Source: an uncultured Gemmatimonadota bacterium
GTDB taxonomy: Bacteria; SM23-81
Direction of reading: 5' to 3'
Assembly: GCA_964584035.1 (NCBI GenBank)
Contig: CAZOYL010000007.1
Location: 1 to 40,017 of the forward strand
DNA: 40,017 nt
Position numbers and translations under genes: made by a program. The notes below the pieces were generated by a model. It searched no databases. It saw only the letters and a program-made list of their open reading frames with translations, and had not been told where the DNA came from. Shown here one piece after another: positions 9,495 to 19,850 of the stretch. Positions within the stretch are counted from its first letter, which is position 1. The number at the start of each line of letters is the position of its first letter.

Positions 9495-10277
9495 TCAGCC
9501 GGCTCGCGGATTTCTTCTTCCGATGTACAGAAGACTGTTGGTCACCCAGCCGATTTTCGGGTAGATACCGGTTGTCTTCGCCATCTTCTTGGCCGCCCTA
9601 TTCCACAGATGAAAAGGTAGATTAACCAGAAAACTCATCGTTGTATGATCGGCCGCAAAACGGTTCTTTTTCATAGGTGGTCGGATCTCCAGCCCGCCAA
9701 CGTAATCAGCATAGAGAGTGTGCAAACCGAGTTTTTCGTGAAGGGCGATCAGCTGCTGCAAGTCAATGGGAAAGTGACCGGCGGCGACCCGGGGACGGAA
9801 CGTCCTCGAGATCCAGCGATTCAGGCCCTCCATGCTGGGGATGAGGGTGATAACAAAGCCGCCCCTGGGGTTGCCTAGCCCAGCCAGACGAGCCACTACG
9901 GCCTTTGCATCCCGAAAATGTTCGATGAACCCGGCGGAGAATACGATATCATACATGCTGGTGGGTTCGAATTCGAACAAGTCCGTATCGTAAATCTTTG
10001 CGGCTATTGAGAGTCGCTCCATGTTCTCTCTTGTTTTTGCGCAGGCCCCGGATACGTATTCAACTCCGCTGACGGAGAAGCCGAATTGGCGGGAGAAATA
10101 AGCCATCCATTTGCCCGGTGCACACCCGATCTCGATAAAAGAATACTTTCCATGAGGTAAGATCTTGGTGAATATCCTATGGATCTCCCAGATGTCGCCG
10201 GGGTGGACTTCCTGAGGTAGTGTGATATTCTCCCAGACGTGCTGCCAATAATCGGAGGAAAACTCTTGTTCGTTCAT
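9495..10277 (-). CDS. Class I SAM-dependent methyltransferase
   Basis: FIEIGCAPGKW motif I, VSGVEY and YDIVFSAGFIEHF. Confidence 0.85.
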   Translation of the reverse strand: MNEQEFSSDYWQHVWENITLPQEVHPGDIWEIHRIFTKILPHGKYSFIEIGCAPGKWMAYFSRQFGFSVSGVEYVSGACAKTRENMERLSIAAKIYDTDLFEFEPTSMYDIVFSAGFIEHFRDAKAVVARLAGLGNPRGGFVITLIPSMEGLNRWISRTFRPRVAAGHFPIDLQQLIALHEKLGLHTLYADYVGGLEIRPPMKKNRFAADHTTMSFLVNLPFHLWNRAAKKMAKTTGIYPKIGWVTNSLLYIGRRNPRAG

Positions 10278-10292
10278 CGTCTCCTGTCATTT

Positions 10293-11669
10293 CTATGATG
10301 GTTCCATTCTGAAAAGCGCAGTCTCATCCAACTTACTGATGGTGACCCGGTGTTTTCCTGATTTCTCCGGAGGGATGGTTTCAACCAGCCGGAAAACGAT
10401 CTTCACCAGAGGGCCCACCTTGTCCTGGATCTTCGTTTTCAGGTATTCCGTCTGCCCGGGGCCATAGGAGGGAGCGGGAACGATAGTGACCGTGAGTTCA
10501 TCGATGCGTTCCTGAATAATCTGAAACTGCTCCACATAGGGAGCGATCTCTTTGAACAGGTGCGGGAAGAATTCACCCGGCAGTTGCTTGCCCTCCGAGG
10601 TGATGATGATGTCGGTAATTCTTCCCTGAGTCAGCTCCAGGAGCGGAAGTTTTCGTCCGCAAGGGCACTCGGCATTCAGAAATTTCCCGAAGTCTCCTAT
10701 TTTATATCTGATAAACGGCATCCCATAATTCAGAAGATCGGTGATAACGATCTCCCCCTCTTCTCCGAATGCGACTGGCGTGTCGTCCCGAAGAATCTCA
10801 ACGACATATCGATTTATTGCGGTGTGAAAACCAGTATGAAAACGGCATTCCATTCCAATAGCCGCTGTTTCCCGTGAACCGTAGAGGTTGAAGACCTGAC
10901 CATGAAAAGCCCTCTCGATGATCTCCCGGTGGTCCGGAAAGAGCATTTCAGCGGAGACGATAATCGAAGGAATGGATAGAGAGCTGCCGTCCTGGAGAAG
11001 CTGTCTGGCCAGGGCCAGGCAGGCCGAAGTGTAGCCGATCAGCACACGAGGGCGGAACCGCTGCAGTCTAGCAATATCGCGCCGGCGCTGGGAAAGGCGC
11101 ATATCAAAGGTGTCCAGAACCAGCTCTCGAAAAAGAGCGCTTTTCAATTTGCCGAGCATTGATCCGAAAACGGCTCTGTCTATCGGGCTGCCGGCCAGAA
11201 TGCCCGTTCGGACCCCGAAATCCCAGCCAGCCCAGGAGAAGGCAGCGTATTTAGCTGCAACTCGTGAATCCCACGAATTTCGATCATAGAAAAACACAGT
11301 AGGCACTCCGGTGGAACCGCCGGTGGATCGGGTCACCAGATCTTTCCGAGAAAAGTTGGATGCCATCAGATCATCAAGATTCCCCCGCAGTTCGGTTTTA
11401 GTAAGTACCGGGAGGCAAGCAAGTTGCTTTGGGCCGAAGGTGTGGTTCAGGGGCAGGCCGGTTCGGGGAAATTTCTGTCGGTAATAGGGGACGTTTTTAA
11501 TGGCATGAGTTAGCAGCCGGCAGAGCCTTTGGTTTTGGAGGTCGAGTAGCGCGGAACGGGAGAGCCATTGTTGCGACTGTGTTGCGAAGAAGTGGGGCAG
11601 GATATTCCGCCCCAGAAAAAGACGATGAGCCGGAAAGAGAAATTTTTGATACAATCTGTTCATGACCAC
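10293..11669 (-). CDS. Phenylacetate-CoA ligase-like adenylate-forming enzyme (CapK-like)
   Basis: HAIKNVPYYR, LPVLTKTELR, STGGSTGVP P-loop, YGSRE, MPFIRYKIGDFG, CPCGR and KSGKHR. Confidence 0.88.
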   Translation of the reverse strand: MVMNRLYQKFLFPAHRLFLGRNILPHFFATQSQQWLSRSALLDLQNQRLCRLLTHAIKNVPYYRQKFPRTGLPLNHTFGPKQLACLPVLTKTELRGNLDDLMASNFSRKDLVTRSTGGSTGVPTVFFYDRNSWDSRVAAKYAAFSWAGWDFGVRTGILAGSPIDRAVFGSMLGKLKSALFRELVLDTFDMRLSQRRRDIARLQRFRPRVLIGYTSACLALARQLLQDGSSLSIPSIIVSAEMLFPDHREIIERAFHGQVFNLYGSRETAAIGMECRFHTGFHTAINRYVVEILRDDTPVAFGEEGEIVITDLLNYGMPFIRYKIGDFGKFLNAECPCGRKLPLLELTQGRITDIIITSEGKQLPGEFFPHLFKEIAPYVEQFQIIQERIDELTVTIVPAPSYGPGQTEYLKTKIQDKVGPLVKIVFRLVETIPPEKSGKHRVTISKLDETALFRMEPS

Positions 11670-11675
11670 TCGCTT

Positions 11676-12611
11676 CTATCTGAGAAGCTTCCTGTAAACA
11701 GAAAGTAATCTATCTGCCGTTTTTTCAAGGCTTAATTGGCCGACTCTTTCTCTGCCGCTGGTTCTTTCCCCGGAGCTTAGAATTGCTATGATCCTGTCGG
11801 CCAAAATGGGAGCTTTTTGGGGACAAACGAAGCAGTTGCTGGTTCCCTGAATGATTTCACGAACATCTCCCACATCGGTAGAAACGATCGGTAGATTGCA
11901 GGCCATGGCCTCTTTGATGGCATTGGGTGACCCCTCCCAGTCCGAGGTCAACAAAAGCACATCACAGGCGTTCATATAAAGGGGCACTTCTAGCTGCGGA
12001 CGGCTATGAAGGACAACCAGCTCGACGGATTGAGCAAATTGATTCTGAACCAGCTCGTGTGTCTGCCGGGCCACATCGAGCCGTTTAACTCTTCTATCGG
12101 GGCGACCCAGGAAAAGAATATGCCGAGTCTCTGGTGCGAGTCGAAGAGTTTTTTTCGCGAGAAGAGAATCCATAGGTTGAAAGACGGAAAGGTCGAGGCC
12201 ATTTGGAAGGATATATACATTCTTCCCTCTCAGGATTCGCGCTAAGCTGTGGGACTTGACAATTGAGCAATCAACCAGCCACGAGACAAGATGGGATAAC
12301 TTTCCTTGTAAGCGGTCCATTACATCGCTGCCGCAAAAAGAGACAACAATTGGAGATCTCCACTGGCAACGGGCCAGTAGCCCGCTGAATCCATAGTGTG
12401 CATGTACGATATCGTAAGAATTATGAAGGCATTTCATGAAGACTCGCCATGCTCCATGGAGGTAATTTAGCTTCGATTCTCTACCGTCGACGAATATCAA
12501 ATCGTAAGAAAGCCCCTTCTTTCTGAGGGAGTCAAGCTGGGTTTTGACAAAACACCCGAAGCTGGGATCATGCGTAGTGGGATACATGTTAGTAACGACT
12601 AAAATTTTCAT
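11676..12611 (-). CDS. Glycosyltransferase family 4 (TuaC-like)
   Basis: MKILVVTNMYP, IVHAHYG, LPNGLDLSVF and LLTSDWEGSPNAIKEAMACNLPIVSTDVGDV (EX7E motif). Confidence 0.92.
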   Translation of the reverse strand: MKILVVTNMYPTTHDPSFGCFVKTQLDSLRKKGLSYDLIFVDGRESKLNYLHGAWRVFMKCLHNSYDIVHAHYGFSGLLARCQWRSPIVVSFCGSDVMDRLQGKLSHLVSWLVDCSIVKSHSLARILRGKNVYILPNGLDLSVFQPMDSLLAKKTLRLAPETRHILFLGRPDRRVKRLDVARQTHELVQNQFAQSVELVVLHSRPQLEVPLYMNACDVLLLTSDWEGSPNAIKEAMACNLPIVSTDVGDVREIIQGTSNCFVCPQKAPILADRIIAILSSGERTSGRERVGQLSLEKTADRLLSVYRKLLR

Positions 12612-13984
12612 ATGGGGACAACCTTGTTTGAAGGCTCCTGATTTTTTAATCGATATTCGGCCACAGCCAGGCTAATCAGAGCCCATAGATAGATGACCAC
12701 AGAAGGAACATCGAACGGGTCGCCGGTAATAGAGACTATCATCATGGCAGAGAAAATTGCCAGAGCGAGGAAATTAAGAGCCGTGGGTTTTGTTCTGGCG
12801 AATTTGATCAATTGTACCCAGACAACAGCGAACAGAATAGCATAAGCCAACGTTCCCAAAACACCCACCTCAACCAGACTGCCTATCCATAAGTGATGCT
12901 GAGAATATCCTTTGCCAAAACTGACATACTCCAGGAAAGTTCCCGGACCCGAACCGAAGATCGGTTTGTTTACGAATTTATTCAGTGAAAAAACGTACAG
13001 GCTCCATCGCCAGTCCAGACTGTCGGGCTGTGTCGTGTCGATGATGTCGCTCCAGCGCGTCACCAGGCCGGGGAGACGCCAGAGTATAAGCAAGAAAATC
13101 CATGGCGTAATGGTCAGCAGCCGCCATTTTTTATGAAGGAAAAGAATTAATAGAAGGGCCAGTGTGGTCACGATCCAACCGATTCGAGAATAGGTGAAGT
13201 ATAGCATGGGTATCGCCAGAGACATCACGACAATCATAAAGAAGTTGCTGGAAAGATCTGTGCGCTCTTTTTTCCTTAGCATAAATCCGATGGTGGCGGA
13301 GATGATGAGACTGAGGAAAAGGCCAAAGGTGTTCGCGTGCGAAAGGGTTGATTTGATACGTACCATATCTATGCCATAGATGAACCTCAAATTCTCTCCG
13401 ATGAGATTGGAAGTTCGGGTGAACAGTCCGTAATAGCCTGTCAGACAAGGTATCACCGAGGCATAGATAATTACACGAGTGAGATTATCTATGGTGGCCC
13501 TGTCACGCGCGATGTCCATAATTAAACAGAGCAGGAAAAAGTAATTAACATACCGGAGCCACCTTTTAAAACTGATCAGGGGCTCTATAGATAGGATGAC
13601 GCAGACCAGTGTGACCGCCAGATAGAGTAGAAAAGCCTTCTGAATAGGTGTGCTGCGCCAGGCCAGCTTTCCCGATATAAACAAGGGTAAGGCCAGGAAC
13701 ATGATAGTAAAGGAGAAAAGAATATCGATGGTCAGGTTAAAGGGTTCGCTGAGCAATTTGAAGTAATCGAGATTGACAATGGTAAGCAGATAGAGGATGA
13801 GAATAATTTTCCGATTGGCATAAAAAACCACACCAATTAAAACGACTGCCAGTCCGCCAAACAGACCGATGTTGATCCATTGATTGCCTAATGGCAATAC
13901 GCTTGCCAGCACGATGGAAAGCAGGACCACAACAATGGCTGTTGCCGGCAGAGGGCTTTCTCTCTTGTTTATAAGATGAAGCAC
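12608..13984 (-). CDS. Wzy_C/O-antigen ligase-family membrane protein (candidate polymerase Wzy, ligase or O-oligosaccharyltransferase)
   Basis: About 11-12 TM segments; RIKSTLSHANTFG, FTYSRIGW, SLDWRWSLY, KPIFGSGPGTF and HHLWIGSLVEVGVLG. Confidence 0.85.
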   Translation of the reverse strand: MLHLINKRESPLPATAIVVVLLSIVLASVLPLGNQWINIGLFGGLAVVLIGVVFYANRKIILILYLLTIVNLDYFKLLSEPFNLTIDILFSFTIMFLALPLFISGKLAWRSTPIQKAFLLYLAVTLVCVILSIEPLISFKRWLRYVNYFFLLCLIMDIARDRATIDNLTRVIIYASVIPCLTGYYGLFTRTSNLIGENLRFIYGIDMVRIKSTLSHANTFGLFLSLIISATIGFMLRKKERTDLSSNFFMIVVMSLAIPMLYFTYSRIGWIVTTLALLLILFLHKKWRLLTITPWIFLLILWRLPGLVTRWSDIIDTTQPDSLDWRWSLYVFSLNKFVNKPIFGSGPGTFLEYVSFGKGYSQHHLWIGSLVEVGVLGTLAYAILFAVVWVQLIKFARTKPTALNFLALAIFSAMMIVSITGDPFDVPSVVIYLWALISLAVAEYRLKNQEPSNKVVPI

Positions 13985-14023
13985 CTGATCTTTCTTTCTG
14001 AGTAAATGGTCGAAAAAGCGCCT

Positions 14024-15586
14024 TTACACCCCGGCTTTAAAGGGCGCGAGCCGCAGTAACATACCGGCAAGCTTCCGGGCCTCAGGTATTCTTAAAGCCC
14101 ATACCATGCCGGCATATGATCCCAAACCGAAAGATATGACCAGAATGATTTTGATGAACTGTACTCCGGTTGACATCTGGGGGAGAATTCTTGAAAAGAG
14201 GCTCTGGCCGACAAGACAGACCAGGGCCATGCTCAGGGATGCGAGCGCGAACTTCATGACCGTAAAGGCGAGCCCGCGGAGGCGCAACCCGCCCAGAAAG
14301 CGATAGACCAGAATGACCATGAGGGCCGCCGTCAACGTGAACATTATAGTGCTGGCCAGAGCGATTCCCGGTGCTCCATAAATATTGATGAACAACAGGT
14401 TGAACAGAATTTTCAGGGCCACATTGATCACTGCGATGCCGATAAGCCAGAGTGTTTTCCTGATGACGATGAGGATGCGCTGCAGAATATAGTAGATGGC
14501 CACCGTGAAGAATCCGCTGGCGAATCCAATCAGCGCCTGCGATGTCACTAAGGTGTCCTGAGCATCAAAGGCACCCCGCTGTAACAGGACCGCCACGACC
14601 GGCCGTGCCATGATGACCAATCCCGTCGTGACCGGCAGCAGGACAAAAGCCGCCATCAGAATGGCCAGCCGAATGGTTTTCTTGAAATCACCCTTGTCCG
14701 CCTGAAGAAACTGGAGCGATGCATAGGGCAGCATGACCGTAGTGATGGAGAGAATAAAGGTTTGAAGAGGGACCTGAAAGATCTTATCCGCATAGCTCAA
14801 TGATGAGATGCTGCCGGGCAGCAATTGCGAGGCCATGCTCCGGTCAATGATAACCAGCAGTGTATTGATGCCGGTGGCGCACATCAGCGGGATGGCGCTA
14901 CGCAGAAAACTTTTCACGCCCGGATTATGCAGGTTTACACGCAGCCCGGGCCGGATGCCTCTGCGAAGAATAAAGCCGAGCAAAAAAGCGGCTTGAAGTC
15001 CGTGCCCGATGGTCAGACCCACGGCCCATCGGTGGGCTCCCGATGAGGTTCCGAACAGGGTTATGGCCGCGATGACGCATATGGGCGATAGGAAAACGGC
15101 CAGTCCTGGAGCCATGAAAGACCTGTGCGCGTTCAGTAAGCTGGCGAACAAACGAAACAGGCCGAAAAAGATCAGGATGGGCAGAGTGAGCTGCAAAAGG
15201 GTGATGGATAGGGAGAGCGTTTGTTTATCGAACCCTGGCGCGAGTTTAGAAATGATCCCGGGAGCCTGCCAGTAGAACAAGGCCATTCCGATCAGGAGAA
15301 CCAGAAGCATGGTGATCAGCACAAAATTAAGCAAGTTCTGGGCGTCTCGAGGGCACTTTTTCTGCGCCTCTATGTAAGCCGGTATAAAACAAAGGCTGAT
15401 CACGAGAGTGAGGATCCTTGGCACGGACAGAGGGATGATGATCGCGACCAGGAAGGCATCGACCAGTTGACCGGCGCCGAAATAGTTGGCCACGATAATC
15501 TCTTTGAAGAATCCGAAACCAAGGCTGAAAAGTGTGATCAGCGATAGCAGACTGGTCGATTTGACGATTTCACGTGAAGTGATCAT
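14024..15586 (-). CDS. murJ: MurJ/MviN-family lipid-linked glycan flippase
   Basis: GFFKEIIVANYFGAGQLVDAFLVA, ISSLSYADKIFQVP and LLQRGAFDAQDT; about 14 TM segments. ATG 15586 overlaps the upstream stop. Confidence 0.85.
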   Translation of the reverse strand: MITSREIVKSTSLLSLITLFSLGFGFFKEIIVANYFGAGQLVDAFLVAIIIPLSVPRILTLVISLCFIPAYIEAQKKCPRDAQNLLNFVLITMLLVLLIGMALFYWQAPGIISKLAPGFDKQTLSLSITLLQLTLPILIFFGLFRLFASLLNAHRSFMAPGLAVFLSPICVIAAITLFGTSSGAHRWAVGLTIGHGLQAAFLLGFILRRGIRPGLRVNLHNPGVKSFLRSAIPLMCATGINTLLVIIDRSMASQLLPGSISSLSYADKIFQVPLQTFILSITTVMLPYASLQFLQADKGDFKKTIRLAILMAAFVLLPVTTGLVIMARPVVAVLLQRGAFDAQDTLVTSQALIGFASGFFTVAIYYILQRILIVIRKTLWLIGIAVINVALKILFNLLFINIYGAPGIALASTIMFTLTAALMVILVYRFLGGLRLRGLAFTVMKFALASLSMALVCLVGQSLFSRILPQMSTGVQFIKIILVISFGLGSYAGMVWALRIPEARKLAGMLLRLAPFKAGV

Positions 15587-16488
15587 GAGGTCACCGATCG
15601 CTGCGTTGTTCTCCAAAGAGGTCCGGCAGTTTTCATCTGGCCCATCTTATCCGCCCTGATCACCAGATACTCGCTGCCCACCCCGAAGCTGAGCCCGTAT
15701 TTGAATCCCGCGAAGCCCAGGGGTATCCGGGACAGGAAACCATCCATCTTTCGCCAGATAGGGTAGGGGATGATCCGGGTGAGCAGCTCGAAACAGGGGT
15801 AGTTGAACACGCAGAACCGGTGGCCGGCCGGATTCAGCCCGGCCCGGCGGAGCATATCCGCGATGCGCCGCCGGGAATAGAATTGGATATGTTCATGGAA
15901 TTTTCCCCGGCGGCGGAAGCGGATCAACCTTTCGGCCGCCCGGACGTTGAGGGCGGAGCTGACCGGGATGGAGATGAAGACGCTGCCCCCGGGCTTGAGC
16001 ACCCGGGCGATCTCGGCCAGGGCTCGCTGCGGGGCGACCAGGTGCTCCAGGGTCTCCAGGGAATAAACGGCCTGGAACCGTGCGCTGGCCAGCGGCAGCA
16101 CCTCCGCGTCGCCCAGGATCATCCGGCTGGCCGGCAGGGTCCGGCCGGCGGAGCGAAGCTTTTCAGGGGAGAGGTCCAGCCCGATCAGCAGGGCGTAGTC
16201 CAGATCCTTTACGATGGTGGCGATGCCGTAGCCGTCGCCGCATCCCACGTCCAGCAGAAGACCGCCGCGGTGGCGGTTCCAGTATCTCCGGGCCAGTTCC
16301 CTGACCACTTCCAGGCGGCGCCGCTGCTGGTAACGTCGCAAAGGCTTGGCGTACATCCGCTCGCGGTCCACCGACTGGTCGTGATAATAGGTCAGCAGCT
16401 CCCGTTTATCCGGCTCCCGGTGGTCCGGTCTTTGTTGGCCCGGCTCTTGTTTCTCGAGCGATTGTTTGTCGAGGGCTTTTCTACCCAT
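15583..16488 (-). CDS. Class I SAM-dependent methyltransferase (Methyltransf_11-like)
   Basis: LLDVGCGDG, GLDLS, GDAEVLPL, LETLEHL and RVLKPGG. Confidence 0.88.
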   Translation of the reverse strand: MGRKALDKQSLEKQEPGQQRPDHREPDKRELLTYYHDQSVDRERMYAKPLRRYQQRRRLEVVRELARRYWNRHRGGLLLDVGCGDGYGIATIVKDLDYALLIGLDLSPEKLRSAGRTLPASRMILGDAEVLPLASARFQAVYSLETLEHLVAPQRALAEIARVLKPGGSVFISIPVSSALNVRAAERLIRFRRRGKFHEHIQFYSRRRIADMLRRAGLNPAGHRFCVFNYPCFELLTRIIPYPIWRKMDGFLSRIPLGFAGFKYGLSFGVGSEYLVIRADKMGQMKTAGPLWRTTQRSVTS

Positions 16489-16552
16489 TGCCCGGCTCCG
16501 GAGGTATGGCGGTCGGGAAAGCGCTGCCGGCGGAAGGGCTGCCTGCTCTCGA

Positions 16553-17620
16553 TCAGGACAGCGAGGCCAGCAGGGCGACCATCTTTTCGGCGGCCCGCCC
16601 GTCGCCGAAAGGGGCGGCCGGCGGTGTCCCGGGCGGCGCTGCCAGGGCGGCCCCGGCGATGGCCTCCGGATCGGAGCCGGTCAGCGTGTTCCAGCCGTCC
16701 TGGAGGGTCTCCGGCCATTCGGTCTCCGGCCGCAGGGTGACGCAGGGTACCCCGAAGAGAAAGGCCTCCTTTTGTATGCCGCCGGAGTCGGTCAGGATCT
16801 TGCGGGCGTTTTTCTCCAGCACCAGCATATCCAGGTAACCGACCGGATCGACCTGGCGCAGTGATGATCCTCTCTCGGGATGCAGGTCATGAGCCTCCAT
16901 GGCCCGGCGCGTTCTCGGATGGACGGGAAAGATGACGGGATGGTCCAGGTTTTCAAGGGCGGAGATGATGTTCCCGAGATGCTCCCGGCGATCGGTATTG
17001 CCCGCCCGGTGTATGGTGGCCAGATAGTAACTCCCGGGATCGAGATCGAGCTGCTTCAGGATCTGCGAGGTTTCCTCCGCCCGGGCTGAATTCTGCCGCA
17101 CGGCATCGACCATCACGTCGCCGGTGTTGTGGACACCATCGACCATCCCCTCCCGTTCGAGGTTCTTGACGGCCGTCTCGGTCGGGCAGAACAGCAGCGC
17201 GGACAGCCGGTCGGTCAGGACGCGGTTGATCTCCTCGGGCATCAGCCGGTTGAAACTGCGCAAACCCGCTTCCACATGCACCACCGGGATGTGCAGCTTG
17301 GCCGCCGCCAGCGAACCGGCCAGGGTGCTGTTGGTGTCGCCGAAGACCAGGACGGCGTCCGGATTTTCCTGCAGCAGCACCTCCTCCACTCCCCACAACA
17401 TTCGGGCGGTCTGATCTCCATGAGGTCCGGAGCCGACGCCCAGATCGATATCGGGACGGGGAATGCCGAGCTGCTCGAAGAAGATCCGGGACAGCTCCGG
17501 GTCATAATGCTGCCCGGTATGAATCAGGAATTCCCGGTGCTGCCGGCGGATCAGGCGGCTCAACGGGGCGCACTTGACGAATTGGGGGCGGGCTCCCACG
17601 ATGCTGATGATTTTCATCAT
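16553..17620 (-). CDS. wecB: Non-hydrolysing UDP-N-acetylglucosamine 2-epimerase family, WbpI-like
   Basis: [48 protein letters not shown] and TEWPET. Confidence 0.9.
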   Translation of the reverse strand: MMKIISIVGARPQFVKCAPLSRLIRRQHREFLIHTGQHYDPELSRIFFEQLGIPRPDIDLGVGSGPHGDQTARMLWGVEEVLLQENPDAVLVFGDTNSTLAGSLAAAKLHIPVVHVEAGLRSFNRLMPEEINRVLTDRLSALLFCPTETAVKNLEREGMVDGVHNTGDVMVDAVRQNSARAEETSQILKQLDLDPGSYYLATIHRAGNTDRREHLGNIISALENLDHPVIFPVHPRTRRAMEAHDLHPERGSSLRQVDPVGYLDMLVLEKNARKILTDSGGIQKEAFLFGVPCVTLRPETEWPETLQDGWNTLTGSDPEAIAGAALAAPPGTPPAAPFGDGRAAEKMVALLASLS

Positions 17621-18720
17621 TTACCCACGAACGCTCTGACCTGCTCGACCACGTACTCCTGCTGCTCGCCGGAGAGCTCCGGGTAGACCGGGATGGAAAT
17701 GGTCTCGCGGGCGGCCCCTTCCGTCTCGGGATGATCGCCCTCCCGGCCGCCGAGATCCCGGTAGCACTCCTGCAGGTGCAGGGGCAGCGGGTAATACAGC
17801 GCCGTGCCGACGCCGTGCTCTTTCAGATGCTGCTGCAGCCCGTCGCGGTCCGATACCCGGATGGTGTACTGGTTATAAATGTGCCGGTTGTATTTCTCGG
17901 CGTGCGGCGTCACCAGCGGCAGATCCCGGAGCCGTTCGTCATAGAGGGCGGCGTGCCGCCGGCGTCCTTCGGTCCACTCGTCCAGGTGCTTCAGCTTGAC
18001 CTGCAGGGCGGCCGCCTGCAGCGCATCCAGGCGGCTGTTATAGCCCACAATGGAATGGAAGTATTTCGGCTTGCTGCCGTGAACCCGCAGGATGCGAACC
18101 AGATCGGCCAGCTGGTCGTCGTCGGTGACGACCATGCCGCCGTCCCCTAATCCGCCCAGGTTCTTGCTGGGGAAGAAACTGAAGCACCCCAGGTGCCCCA
18201 TGGTGCCGGCCTGTTTTCCATGATGCCGGGCTCCGATGGCCTGAGCGGCGTCCTCCACCACCCGCAGGCCGTGCGTCTCGGCCAGAGACAGGATCGGCTC
18301 CATCTCGGCGCATTGGCCGTAAAGATGGACCGGCATGATGACCCTGGTCCGCGATGTGATCTTCTTGGCGATCCGATCGGTGTCGATGTTGTAGGTCTTG
18401 GGATCGATATCGACAAATACCGGCTTGGCTCCAAGACGGGAGATCACGCCCGCGGTGGCGAAGAAACTGTAAGGCGTGGTGATCACCTCGTCCCCGGTCT
18501 CGACCTGGCAGGCCCGCAGAGACAGCAGCAGCGCATCGGTTCCGGAGGCCACCCCGATGGCATGTCGGGCGCCGCAGTATTCGGCCACGGATTTTTCGAA
18601 CTCCTGAACGTACGGACCCAGGATAAAACGGCAGCTTTCCATGACCTCGTCAACCGCAGTACGCAGCTCTTCCCGGATGGTAGCGTATTGGGCCTGGAGG
18701 TCCAGCAGGGGAACCTTCAT
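17617..18720 (-). CDS. DegT/DnrJ/EryC1/StrS aminotransferase, WbpE-like
   Basis: Start moved to [12 protein letters not shown] (ATG 18720, overlapping the upstream stop). Motifs [39 protein letters not shown] and [10 protein letters not shown]. Confidence 0.92.
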   Translation of the reverse strand: MKVPLLDLQAQYATIREELRTAVDEVMESCRFILGPYVQEFEKSVAEYCGARHAIGVASGTDALLLSLRACQVETGDEVITTPYSFFATAGVISRLGAKPVFVDIDPKTYNIDTDRIAKKITSRTRVIMPVHLYGQCAEMEPILSLAETHGLRVVEDAAQAIGARHHGKQAGTMGHLGCFSFFPSKNLGGLGDGGMVVTDDDQLADLVRILRVHGSKPKYFHSIVGYNSRLDALQAAALQVKLKHLDEWTEGRRRHAALYDERLRDLPLVTPHAEKYNRHIYNQYTIRVSDRDGLQQHLKEHGVGTALYYPLPLHLQECYRDLGGREGDHPETEGAARETISIPVYPELSGEQQEYVVEQVRAFVGK

Positions 18721-19850
18721 CTTTTTTTTCCTCCCTTTGGAAACGAGAATATCTTCTCCAATAGTATATTCACGATTCGATCCGCGGCGGCGCCATCCCA
18801 CAGCGGCGGGATTTTCACCGCCGGCGCTTTTTCCCCCAGGATCCTCTTGAACTCGGCGGCGATGCGCACCGGGTCGGACCCCACCACCCGGTTGGTGCCC
18901 TGATGAACGGTCACCGGGCGCTCCGTGTTTTCGCGCAGCGTCAGGCAGGGAACGCCCAGCACGGTTGTTTCTTCCTGTATGCCGCCGGAATCGGTCAGCA
19001 CCAGGCGGGCCCGGTCCATTAGCCTGACGAAGTCGATGTAGCCTACCGGATCGATAAGCTTCAGCCGCTCCAGTCCCGCGATCCGTTCCTCGAGCCCGAA
19101 ACGCCGGAACATTTTTCGAGAGCGGGGATGGACCGGAAAGACCACCGGCAGATGCGTCTGAATCTGTTCCACGGCCGAGAGGATGCCCCGCAGGGTGGAC
19201 TCCTGGTCCACATTGGAAGGCCGGTGCAGCGTCATCAGGGCATACGACCGTTCCTCGAGCCCCAATCGCTCGAGGATGTCCGACCGCTGAGCCTTTTCCC
19301 GGATCTTCATCAGCGAGTCGATCATCACGTTGCCCACGAAGAAAACCTTCTCAGGGGGAATGCCCTCCCGGAGAAGGTTATGGTTCGCATCAGAACAGGT
19401 GGTGAAAAGAACGTCTGAGATGGTGTCGGTGAGAATACGATTAATCTCCTCCGGCATGGTCCGATCGAAGCTGCGCAGGCCGGCCTCCACGTGGGCCACG
19501 GGAATATGCAGCTTGGCGGCCACCAGCGAGCAAGCCACCGTGGAGTTAACATCTCCGACTACCATCACCAGGTCGGGAGGACGATCCATCACCAGACGTT
19601 CATAGGCTGCCATGATGCGGCCGGTTTGCCGGGCCTGGCTGCCGGAGCCCACCTCCAGATTTACATCCGGTGACGGCAGATCCAGATCTTGAAAAAAAGC
19701 CCGGGACATGGCCTCGTCGTAATGCTGGCCGGTGTGGATCAGAATGGGGTGAAACAAAAGTTGTTTCCGCAGCTGCGCGAACAGAGGAGCGATCTTCATG
19801 AAGTTGGGACGCGCCCCGGCCACCAGATGAATATCGGCCTTCGGGCTCAC
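18717..19850 (-). CDS. wecB: Non-hydrolysing UDP-N-acetylglucosamine 2-epimerase family (second paralog)
   Basis: [54 protein letters not shown] and LRENTERP. Confidence 0.9.
   Translation of the reverse strand: MSPKADIHLVAGARPNFMKIAPLFAQLRKQLLFHPILIHTGQHYDEAMSRAFFQDLDLPSPDVNLEVGSGSQARQTGRIMAAYERLVMDRPPDLVMVVGDVNSTVACSLVAAKLHIPVAHVEAGLRSFDRTMPEEINRILTDTISDVLFTTCSDANHNLLREGIPPEKVFFVGNVMIDSLMKIREKAQRSDILERLGLEERSYALMTLHRPSNVDQESTLRGILSAVEQIQTHLPVVFPVHPRSRKMFRRFGLEERIAGLERLKLIDPVGYIDFVRLMDRARLVLTDSGGIQEETTVLGVPCLTLRENTERPVTVHQGTNRVVGSDPVRIAAEFKRILGEKAPAVKIPPLWDGAAADRIVNILLEKIFSFPKGGKKR

Noticed and set aside
5219..15586. Mobile element or prophage explaining the low-GC block
   Set aside because: No integrase, transposase, terminal repeats or phage genes were seen.
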